A DNA stretch of 13,294 nucleotides from a virus (lineage: Duplodnaviria > Heunggongvirae > Uroviricota > Caudoviricetes), in IMG/VR virus record IMGVR_UViG_3300048016_000310, one strand, 5' to 3'. Made by a program: the position numbers and the translations under genes. Position 1 is the stretch's first letter, and each line of letters begins with the position of its first letter. This document shows positions 1-8,305 of the stretch, one piece after another. Below the pieces are notes generated by a model. It searched no databases. It was given only the letters and a program-made list of their open reading frames with translations, and was not told the origin of the DNA.

Positions 1-1
1 G

Positions 2-349
2 ATACTAAATAAAGAGGGTCACAAACTACCCTTCAATATGGGTTACATAATGATTCAAAAGTTATTTAAGCCTAATGGTATCTTTGCAGCGTATAAAGGA
101 AAGTTAAAAGAATACAATTTTCATTCAATGGGATTTGTTTATCTTATAAACTTTTTCAAGAATCAATCTAAGGTTTTAAAATATTCTGATACTTACAAAA
201 AGGTAGGAGGAAAAGCTGGAACAAATCCAAATGTAGATTTGGACTTATTTAAGTTTACAGCTCATAGAAAGAATATTAGAAGACCTTTATCAAAAATAAT
301 AAAAAACCACAAAAGAGATTACCCAAATGCAAAAGATAATAGCAATTGA
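2..349 (+). CDS. 5'-partial basic protein, probably the IHF/HU-like protein of the crAss-like tail module
   Basis: The frame is open from the window edge (ILNKEGHKLPFNMGYIMIQK...), so the ORF-track start at 38 is probably internal. The protein is Lys/Arg-rich and ends KFTAHRKNIRRPLSKIIK...DY. Its position before the ring and stabilization genes matches the crAss-like IHF-Ttub-Tstab order. Confidence 0.55.
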   Translation: MLNKEGHKLPFNMGYIMIQKLFKPNGIFAAYKGKLKEYNFHSMGFVYLINFFKNQSKVLKYSDTYKKVGGKAGTNPNVDLDLFKFTAHRKNIRRPLSKIIKNHKRDYPNAKDNSN

Positions 350-1214
350 TGGAGTTTTAGCAAATGTAAAAAGCCTTTTAAGGTCTTTTGATGAAGCTGG
401 TTTACTTAATGAAAGTGATATGCTTTTAGGAGTAGAATGGGTAATTAACAGACTAGGTATAGGTGTTATGGGAGAAGAATCATTAATTCTAGAAGTAGAA
501 GATTCTAAAGCAGAAGTTCCAGAACATTTTAAACATTTAGACTTCATATATAAATGTGATAGTAAAAACACAACAGCTACAAATACTGTAAGATATTTTT
601 ATGGACACCCTACTAAGTTTACTGTGAGAGATTACACTAAACATGTGTGTGTTAATAAATGTGATATTGTAGAAGAATTTGATGAGATAAAAAGAGAAAT
701 TTACATAGAAGAGAAACAAAAAGTAGATTTCTACAACAATAAGCAGTTATTAGAATTTTCTAAAGCTGTACCAAAAGATAAAATATCAGAACACTGTCCT
801 AACTTATTTTGTCATTCTCCCCACAAGTTTAACTTTGATGCAGAGAATTTTTACTTTAATTTTGAAAGTGGTCATGTGTATTTAAAATACAAAAAAGCTT
901 TAGTAGATGATGAAGGTTACCCTATGGTAATAGATGACCCTTACATTTTGAAAGCTATTCAAGATTATGTTGCATATCAAGCTCTACTACAAATCTACTA
1001 TAATTCCGAAGCAGATGTAGTACAAAGGTTAGGAAAAGCAGAACAAGAACATCGCTTATCTTTATCTGAAGCTTTATATAACGATAAACTCCCTGACTAT
1101 CAAAGATTTGTAAAATTTGGTAAACTAAGAGGAGCAAATTTAGAAATATTTAATTTAAAATCACAAGCAGATGCAGTACAGTACAAACATAAAAGGTCTA
1201 CAACAAGATATTAA
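327..1214 (+). CDS. Tail tubular / ring (head-tail adaptor) protein, crAss-like Ttub
   Basis: 295-aa ORF with HVYLKYKKALVDDEGYPMVIDDPYILKAIQDYV, resembling the 'Y...D..GYP.IPD....A...Y' pattern of crAss-like ring proteins; gene order agrees. Confidence 0.7.
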   Translation: MQKIIAIDGVLANVKSLLRSFDEAGLLNESDMLLGVEWVINRLGIGVMGEESLILEVEDSKAEVPEHFKHLDFIYKCDSKNTTATNTVRYFYGHPTKFTVRDYTKHVCVNKCDIVEEFDEIKREIYIEEKQKVDFYNNKQLLEFSKAVPKDKISEHCPNLFCHSPHKFNFDAENFYFNFESGHVYLKYKKALVDDEGYPMVIDDPYILKAIQDYVAYQALLQIYYNSEADVVQRLGKAEQEHRLSLSEALYNDKLPDYQRFVKFGKLRGANLEIFNLKSQADAVQYKHKRSTTRY

Positions 1215-4200
1215 TTCTTCAAAAAAAACAGAAGATACATATTCCTTTGTTCTTAATGGTACTGTTGAAAACTTTTCTGAGCAGCAACCTTTTCCTTTTA
1301 TTTCTAACACCCCTTCTAATAAGAAATGTGTAGAGTTTAAAGAGCATGAAATAGTTATAGGAACTCTTGATGTTCCAGAATTAAACTTTAGCTTACTGGC
1401 CGTCCTAAACGAAAATACTCAGGTTAAGTCTTTCTTAAAACTTACATATAGAAAAAAGAATTTAGGTTTAAACAGAAGTTTTGATAAAACTGATTGTGGT
1501 TGTGCATTTACAGTAGAAGTTGAAGATTCTTCAGCAGATTGTAATATTCAAGAACTTTTAGTAACTAGTTGTTTTAATTGGTCAAAAAATGCACCTGTAA
1601 GGTTAAAGTATAAAATAACAGATTCTACTTTTAATTTATATTTTGTAAATGGTCTAGACCAAGATAGATTTGTATATTTTAACCTAGATGATTTCTCTAT
1701 TGAAAAAACATTTCTGCAAACTCAAAACACAGGGGAATGTGACGAGATTACTACCTTAAATCTTGCTTGTGATAAGACTTTATGGTTTCCAGAAGTATCT
1801 TACCCTAATTTAAAATTAGAAGCCATTACAGGGGGAAATAAGTCTGTAGGAAAGTACAATTACCTTCTAGCATATAGTACAAACAAAGGAGTTGCTTTAA
1901 GTCCTTATATTGGTTTGTCACAAGGAATAAATATCTTTGACAAGAGAAAAGAAACTGTAGATAAGTCTGTAAAGGTTACTATACAAAATTTAGATAAAAA
2001 CTCAAGATATAAATATTACACTCTTGTAAGAATTGAAACTGTAAAAGGTCTAACTCTCTATAAAATAGTAGGAACTTATCCAGTTATACAAACAGAAGTC
2101 ATAGATTCAGATAATCAAGGAGAAGCTATAAGTGCCGAGGAGCTACTTTCTCTTTACCCTATTTACAAGAACTCTAAACTTTTAACAGTAGGAAATGATA
2201 CTTTGTTTAAAGGAAATCTTAAAGAATTTGAGAAATTTAATCTACAACCTGTTATAAACAATGTGGAGGTTAAATGGATAACTCAAGTTTTAAAAGAAGG
2301 AGATTATGCAGACCCTGAAAAAGCTTTAAAATACACCTCTTTTCTAAGAGACGAAGTTTATGCTTTAAGTATAGAGCCTATATTAAGTAATCTAGAGAAA
2401 GCTCCTACATTTTTGCTATCGTCGAAAGCACCTTACAATGCTTTGTGGCAGACTCAAAACACTGCTACAAAAACCTTTACAAATACTGATACTCTTATGG
2501 ACTTGGAGGTTTCAAAAGAAATTTACCAAGAAGGACAGTTTGCTTATTGGGAATCTACAGAAAGGTATCCTAATAGTCCAGAGATTTGGGGAGATTTATG
2601 TGGAGAAACAATAAAACATTTTAAGTTTCCTGACCATCAATTAACAGTTCATCATAGTTCTAATGCGTATGATGTACAGAATTACATTTTCCCAATAGGA
2701 GTAAAGATTACATCAGACATGAACGTAATCTTTGATTCTGCTGTTACTCAAGGTTTAATAACGCAAGAACAGAGAGATAGAATTGTAGGTTGGAAACTTT
2801 TAAGAAGTAATAGGCTTGGCAACAAATCAGTTATCGCCAAGGGATTACTATACCATATGTTAAAGTATGAAAGGTCTAACATAGACAAAAACTTTGACCA
2901 AGATTGTAATGAAAACTCTTCTACGTATTATTTTCCTAATTATCCTTATGATGATTTAAATGCAGACCCCTTCTTGGCATCAAGTGCAGCTCACTATGAT
3001 GTAGATGCTCCTAATACAGCAGCAGTAACAAAACTTGAGTTTACCAACGAAAAGCGTTACACCTTTCATTCTCCTGATACTCACTTCACAGAACCAGATT
3101 TAGGCTCTACTTTAAAAGTGGAGGCTGAGGTTTCAGGTAAAGCTAGAGGCTTTTTTAATATAGCTGAAGGACAAGCTGAATACAAACTTCTTTCTAGTAA
3201 ACATTACAATCTTGCTTTATCTTTAGGTAAATGGATTGCAAATACTCAAAAAAGTCCTACTGAAGAAAGCACTAAACAGTTATTTGCTAATATAGGTGGA
3301 GAAGCTTTTGGAACTGGAGGAGCTACAGGAAAAGCATTAGGAAGTCTTCTAGGCTCATTTGTAGGTAAAGGAATCTTTAAAAATAATGTTGTTTTGCAAT
3401 TTACAGATTCTCTTTTCAAGTCTAGTATAACACAATTTGAAGCAGAGAAACTTACTTCTTTGATTAAAGGGTTGATGAACTATAAAAAGTACTTCTACCA
3501 ACATCAATCAGTAGGAAAATATAATACAATAACTCCTGTAGTTCATACAAGAGAGATTGAAGACTCTTCTTACTTAGACAAAGGAAAGCATGTAGTAAAT
3601 CAAACATTTATTAACAACTTTGATAGAGAGTCTAGCGTTTATCTAAAACTTGACACAGCCTTGCCTGACTGGAAGAACACATCAAAAGATAATTCCAAAA
3701 TTTTAATAAGTGATTCTAGCTTAGCTACAGTTACAGAAGAAGTTGTACAAGAAGTTGTAACATGTAAAAAGTTTGGTTATTCAGTTGTTGGTACAGGAAC
3801 TTTTTCTTTATGGGCAAAATATTGTCAACCTATATTAATAACTAATCCTGTAGGACAATCTTTTCCTCAAGGTTCTTATAGCTATATAAAAGATTCGTCT
3901 TTAGCTTCTTTCAATACTTTTAATCAAAGACATAATAGAAGAGTATATCATGACTACGATGATAACTATTATTATACAGAAGAAGTTTTATTCTACTATA
4001 ATTCAGATGCAATATTTGGAACAGTAAATAACGTACCTACCCCAGTAGAAAGTACTCTATCATGTTATCAAGAATTAATAATAAAAGGATTTGATAGAAA
4101 AATTTCAGAAGGATATGATGACTCTTCTATGATTAGAGACATAGAGAACCTTACTATAGAAGAAGTAGATGTTTGTGAAAACGTAACTATAGAGCGTACT

Positions 4201-6357
4201 TATTCGATTAAAAGAGGTTGTGAGTGTAACACTCCTACTGAGAGAAATATCAACTCTTACTATGGTTCTATTAAAACTTCTAATGTAAATCAATATGGAA
4301 CAGTTTATGATATAAATTGGCTACCAACAGGAAGTGAACTTAATACTCACAATACAGCTATCTTTGGAGGAGACACTTACATTTCAAGATTCTCCCTAAA
4401 AAGAAAGCACTCATTCTTTTCACAATCTACATTTGGTTTACCTTTAGATTTTGATATAAACTTTAGTTTAGTAGGCAATGCTGCATATCCTATATACTTT
4501 TTAGATATGTTGCCAAAACCTAAGTATAGATATATTCAAGCTGTGAATGGTATAAACTTTCCAATTTCTAGTTTGACTCAAAGTGTAATATCAGGATTAT
4601 TTCCTATTTGGAATAACTTTTTGTTTAATGCAGACAATTATCTAAACAAACCAAAATATAGATTAGATTGTAGTTTAGAAAGACTAGATATAGGAAACCC
4701 AGCTAAAGAGAAGTCCAACGAACTTTCATTTACTTCTGTAGAAGGTTTAATGTATTTATACAACTATGGTATTCCATATTTCTTAGTAGAGACTGAAATT
4801 AATTTAGATTTAAGACAAGCAGGTAAAGAACTTTTTGAAGACTTCTACCCAAATCAATCAAATCTAGAATTGTGGTTACAAGAAAAAAATGTAGCACCTT
4901 CAATAGACAACGTGTACATATATGACAAAGGCTTCTCTAAACAACCAATAGAATCTTTTCATTACTTAAATGATTTGAATTTCAGAAAAGATAAAGATGA
5001 AAAACCTACTAGAACTATACATTCTCCAAGAGGTTTATCAGTAGATGATTCTGATTATGCAGATATTTTTATTCAAAATAGAGCTATAGACTATCATGAT
5101 TTTTCAAAAGTAAATGGAGCTTTAACTTCTATTGATGCAATTGAAGGAGACAGAGTTTTAGTTAGACAAGAAAACAACTCTTCTATATTTAACTCATATG
5201 TTGAAATAAACACAGATGCTGCAACAGCTATAATTTCTACTGGCTCTTTGTTCAAATCAAAACCTGTAGAATTTTCTAAAGCTACTTTAGGTTACTTTGG
5301 CTCACAACACTCAGCAATCTTACATACTCCATATGGACATGTATCAGTAGATGCTAAAAGAGGAAGTATCTTTTTACTTGGCAACAATGCTAAAGGTTTA
5401 GAAGAACTTTCAAATCAAGGAATGAAAAATTGGTTTAAAGAAAATTTACCATTCTTGATTACAAGCTACTTTCCAGAGGTAGATGTAGATAATGCATTTG
5501 CAGGAATAGGCTTAATTTTAGGATATGATTCTAGATTTAATAGTTTCTACTTGACTAAGTTAGACTACAAACCTTTAGATTCAGGAATAATTTATAACCC
5601 TGAAACTAAGCAATTCTTGTTCAATGACACAGAGATATTCGTAGAAAATAAAGAGTACTTCTGTAATAAATCTTGGACTGTAAGTTATAACTTCTACACT
5701 AAACAGTGGCAGAGTTTCCATAGCTTTACTCCTAATTATTACATAGACCATGTAGACCATTTTGATACAGGAATAAAAGGTTCTCTTTGGAAACATAATG
5801 TAACTAACAAAGACTTTCAACGCTACTATGGAAAACTATATCCTTTTATTGTGGAGACTCAATCTAAGGTGGATATGTTAAATCATATAGTAAAAAATGT
5901 ATCTTTCTTAGTAGATGTTGTAGAATATTTCAATGACTACGATTACATCGTAAATAAAGAAAAAAGCTTTTCAAAAGCAATAGTGTACAATGATTATCAA
6001 AATACTGGACTACTAGAATTGGATTATGTTGTAAATAATTTGTTTTTGAAATCAAAATACCCTATCTTAGCACCTGATAGAAGAAGAGTACTTTTAGAAA
6101 TAAAAGAAGATTTACATTCTTTCAACCAATTTAAAGACATTATACATAATACTAATGTACCAGTTTGGAAATTAGATTGTACAAATGTTTTTAGAAATTT
6201 AAATAATTCTGTTCTAGATTATAATTCAAGAAGATTGAGCAGCAACCCTTTAAGGAGTACTCAAAACAAAGTAAGACTTATTCAAGACAGAGATTATCAA
6301 TATCAATTTATATTTAAAGGTTTATTTTTAAATGATGGAGAATCCAGAAGATTTTGA
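1171..6357 (+). CDS. Tail stabilization / muzzle-hub protein, crAss-like Tstab (P22 gp10-like)
   Basis: 1728-aa ORF. It starts KGLQQD...YSFVLNG and contains FLRDEVYALSI, FAYWESTERYP...WGDLCG..IKHFKFPD, IFGGDTYISRF, YFGSQH and SWTVSYNFYTKQWQSFHSFTPNYY, which I recognise as typical of this family. It follows the ring protein gene. Confidence 0.75.
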   Translation: MQYSTNIKGLQQDINSSKKTEDTYSFVLNGTVENFSEQQPFPFISNTPSNKKCVEFKEHEIVIGTLDVPELNFSLLAVLNENTQVKSFLKLTYRKKNLGLNRSFDKTDCGCAFTVEVEDSSADCNIQELLVTSCFNWSKNAPVRLKYKITDSTFNLYFVNGLDQDRFVYFNLDDFSIEKTFLQTQNTGECDEITTLNLACDKTLWFPEVSYPNLKLEAITGGNKSVGKYNYLLAYSTNKGVALSPYIGLSQGINIFDKRKETVDKSVKVTIQNLDKNSRYKYYTLVRIETVKGLTLYKIVGTYPVIQTEVIDSDNQGEAISAEELLSLYPIYKNSKLLTVGNDTLFKGNLKEFEKFNLQPVINNVEVKWITQVLKEGDYADPEKALKYTSFLRDEVYALSIEPILSNLEKAPTFLLSSKAPYNALWQTQNTATKTFTNTDTLMDLEVSKEIYQEGQFAYWESTERYPNSPEIWGDLCGETIKHFKFPDHQLTVHHSSNAYDVQNYIFPIGVKITSDMNVIFDSAVTQGLITQEQRDRIVGWKLLRSNRLGNKSVIAKGLLYHMLKYERSNIDKNFDQDCNENSSTYYFPNYPYDDLNADPFLASSAAHYDVDAPNTAAVTKLEFTNEKRYTFHSPDTHFTEPDLGSTLKVEAEVSGKARGFFNIAEGQAEYKLLSSKHYNLALSLGKWIANTQKSPTEESTKQLFANIGGEAFGTGGATGKALGSLLGSFVGKGIFKNNVVLQFTDSLFKSSITQFEAEKLTSLIKGLMNYKKYFYQHQSVGKYNTITPVVHTREIEDSSYLDKGKHVVNQTFINNFDRESSVYLKLDTALPDWKNTSKDNSKILISDSSLATVTEEVVQEVVTCKKFGYSVVGTGTFSLWAKYCQPILITNPVGQSFPQGSYSYIKDSSLASFNTFNQRHNRRVYHDYDDNYYYTEEVLFYYNSDAIFGTVNNVPTPVESTLSCYQELIIKGFDRKISEGYDDSSMIRDIENLTIEEVDVCENVTIERTYSIKRGCECNTPTERNINSYYGSIKTSNVNQYGTVYDINWLPTGSELNTHNTAIFGGDTYISRFSLKRKHSFFSQSTFGLPLDFDINFSLVGNAAYPIYFLDMLPKPKYRYIQAVNGINFPISSLTQSVISGLFPIWNNFLFNADNYLNKPKYRLDCSLERLDIGNPAKEKSNELSFTSVEGLMYLYNYGIPYFLVETEINLDLRQAGKELFEDFYPNQSNLELWLQEKNVAPSIDNVYIYDKGFSKQPIESFHYLNDLNFRKDKDEKPTRTIHSPRGLSVDDSDYADIFIQNRAIDYHDFSKVNGALTSIDAIEGDRVLVRQENNSSIFNSYVEINTDAATAIISTGSLFKSKPVEFSKATLGYFGSQHSAILHTPYGHVSVDAKRGSIFLLGNNAKGLEELSNQGMKNWFKENLPFLITSYFPEVDVDNAFAGIGLILGYDSRFNSFYLTKLDYKPLDSGIIYNPETKQFLFNDTEIFVENKEYFCNKSWTVSYNFYTKQWQSFHSFTPNYYIDHVDHFDTGIKGSLWKHNVTNKDFQRYYGKLYPFIVETQSKVDMLNHIVKNVSFLVDVVEYFNDYDYIVNKEKSFSKAIVYNDYQNTGLLELDYVVNNLFLKSKYPILAPDRRRVLLEIKEDLHSFNQFKDIIHNTNVPVWKLDCTNVFRNLNNSVLDYNSRRLSSNPLRSTQNKVRLIQDRDYQYQFIFKGLFLNDGESRRF

Positions 6358-7441
6358 AAGTACAGGAGATGAAACTCTTGATGCGTATATACAAATGAAT
6401 GAGGAGCAGCCAGAAGAGGTTGCTCCAACCAATGCTCTAGAAATAGAAGAGCCAGACTATAGTTTCCTTGATGATTTTGAAGATGATGAGGATGAGTCTA
6501 CTATTAGACAATACTATGGGAATGATGGAGTACAAGCTTACAGAGCTGCACCACTAAAACAAATGGATAAAGATGTAGCTCAAAAGGGCTACGACTATCT
6601 TACTAAAGTCTTAGGACAAGGAAAAGTTTTGGCAGCAGCTTTAGTAGGACAAATGATGAAAGAATCAGGAGGAAATCCTAAAGCAGTACATGATAATGGT
6701 ACTGGATATGGTCTATTTGGACATAGAGACCCTACTCCAAATAGAGGTAGAAAAACTAAATTGTTTAGCCATTTAGGAAGGTCAAATAAACCTGAATTCT
6801 TTGGACAACTTGATTATGCAGTAAAAGAACTAGCAACAGACTATCCATCTACTTATCAAAAAGTAAATAATACTGATAACATAGACTATGCTACAGAAAC
6901 TCTAATGACTGAGTGGGAAAGTCCTCATCCTAAATATGCAGATGCAAAAACTAGGAAAATGTGGGCTCGTAGTGTGTATCATCAGTATGGTGGAATAGTT
7001 TCTAACATTTCTCAAAGTCCTTGGCTACAACAAAATAAGCTTACATCTAGTTTAAATAATGGAATACCTTATTCAAACTTTAATCCACCTGTCTTAAACA
7101 GAGCAGAGTTTAATCAAACAACTCATGAAGCTTTCTTAGAAGAAGGGGCTCCTATAGATAATGATTTAACTTCGGGTTTATCTACTAGTCAATATGAAGC
7201 TATAGACCAACAGTTAGCCTCTAATATAGATAGGTTTTCTAAAGGACTTGAAGTTGCAGATCAATTTGAAGGTACTATGGGTCAAACTATTTCAGCAGGA
7301 ATAGCTGGAGCAGAATCGATGGTAAATAATAGAAATAACTTCCTAAATGCCTACAAAGAAAGACAAAGATTACTGCAAGAACAAAAAGAAGATTATAATG
7401 CTATGGATGGGCAGAATAAACAAAAAGAGATATGGACATAA
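6332..7441 (+). CDS. Virion protein with phage tail lysozyme (Phage_lysozyme2-like) domain and acidic N-terminus
   Basis: AAALVGQMMKESGGNP...GYGLF...QLDYAVKEL...ATETLMTEWESP matches the lysozyme-fold pattern, with the putative catalytic Glu in KES. The first ~60 aa are very rich in D/E. Confidence 0.75.
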   Translation: MMENPEDFESTGDETLDAYIQMNEEQPEEVAPTNALEIEEPDYSFLDDFEDDEDESTIRQYYGNDGVQAYRAAPLKQMDKDVAQKGYDYLTKVLGQGKVLAAALVGQMMKESGGNPKAVHDNGTGYGLFGHRDPTPNRGRKTKLFSHLGRSNKPEFFGQLDYAVKELATDYPSTYQKVNNTDNIDYATETLMTEWESPHPKYADAKTRKMWARSVYHQYGGIVSNISQSPWLQQNKLTSSLNNGIPYSNFNPPVLNRAEFNQTTHEAFLEEGAPIDNDLTSGLSTSQYEAIDQQLASNIDRFSKGLEVADQFEGTMGQTISAGIAGAESMVNNRNNFLNAYKERQRLLQEQKEDYNAMDGQNKQKEIWT

Positions 7442-7827
7442 AATTTAAAAAAAAGGAGTCATTTGTAGAAGTCATAAGCCAGCTAAAGCATGCTGGAACA
7501 CAAATGCACATCTTTCATTTACAAACACAGAGCTATGCTGAACACATGGCTTTAGGAGGATTTTATGATGGTCTTCCAGGACTCATAGATGGTTTAGTAG
7601 AAACAGTTCAAGGGAAAGAACAGTCTTTAGTAAAAGGCTACAAAGCTTTTCCATTTGCGGATTACACGAGTTCTGCTGCTACTTTACAATATTTACAAAA
7701 TTTATTATTGAAAATAGAATCTTATAGATTATCTTTACCAAAAAGTTGGGCTAACATTGATAATCAATTACAAGTAGTGATAGACCTAACTGAATCTACA
7801 ATGTATAAATTAAAATTTTTAAAATGA
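7432..7827 (+). CDS. Ferritin/Dps-like four-helix protein (DUF5856-like)
   Basis: HIFHLQTQSYAEHMALGGFYDGLPGLIDGLVETVQGK and a C-terminal YKLKFLK are characteristic of this phage ferritin-like family. Confidence 0.7.
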   Translation: MDIKFKKKESFVEVISQLKHAGTQMHIFHLQTQSYAEHMALGGFYDGLPGLIDGLVETVQGKEQSLVKGYKAFPFADYTSSAATLQYLQNLLLKIESYRLSLPKSWANIDNQLQVVIDLTESTMYKLKFLK

Positions 7828-8000
7828 ATCAATATGAAGAATGGGAATTAGACGAAATTTCGTCTCCAATAAACATGTTTTCTTCTAAGAAAGATATAGA
7901 AGAATTTATTAAAGTGTCTACTACAGAAGAGGTTGAAGCTATGGCTAAGATTCTAGAAGAAGAAGGGCATAAATTTGCAAAACTATTAAAAATAAAATGA
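7824..8000 (+). CDS. 58-aa hypothetical acidic protein, absent from the ORF track
   Basis: MNQYEEWELDEISSPINMFSSKKDIEEFIKVSTTEEVEAMAKILEEEGHKFAKLLKIK*. It has ATGA overlaps with both neighbours (7824-7827 and 7997-8000) and exactly fills the gap. Confidence 0.8.
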   Translation: MNQYEEWELDEISSPINMFSSKKDIEEFIKVSTTEEVEAMAKILEEEGHKFAKLLKIK

Positions 8001-8305
8001 TGGCAGAAACACAGGAAGATTTAAATCCAAAACCAGTAATGTTCTCTTTAGACAGTTTAATGCCTCAAGGTTCATATAATACTATTTCTAGAAAAGAAAA
8101 AATCAACATTGTAAAAGATTCTATTCATCTTTTAACTTCTGTTAAAAATGCAGGAGTCATGGAAGGAGAAGGAATGACACATGCCTACAAAAGTTTATTC
8201 CTTAATGAGATGTATGTCTATCAACTAGAAGATCAAATTATGGATTTATCAAAATTATTAGTACAAGAAACTAAAGCATTATTTAAAAATGGGAAAACTA
8301 AATAA
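7997..8305 (+). CDS. Hypothetical protein (102 aa)
   Basis: The ORF overlaps both flanking genes in the operon; no family recognised. Confidence 0.75.
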   Translation: MMAETQEDLNPKPVMFSLDSLMPQGSYNTISRKEKINIVKDSIHLLTSVKNAGVMEGEGMTHAYKSLFLNEMYVYQLEDQIMDLSKLLVQETKALFKNGKTK

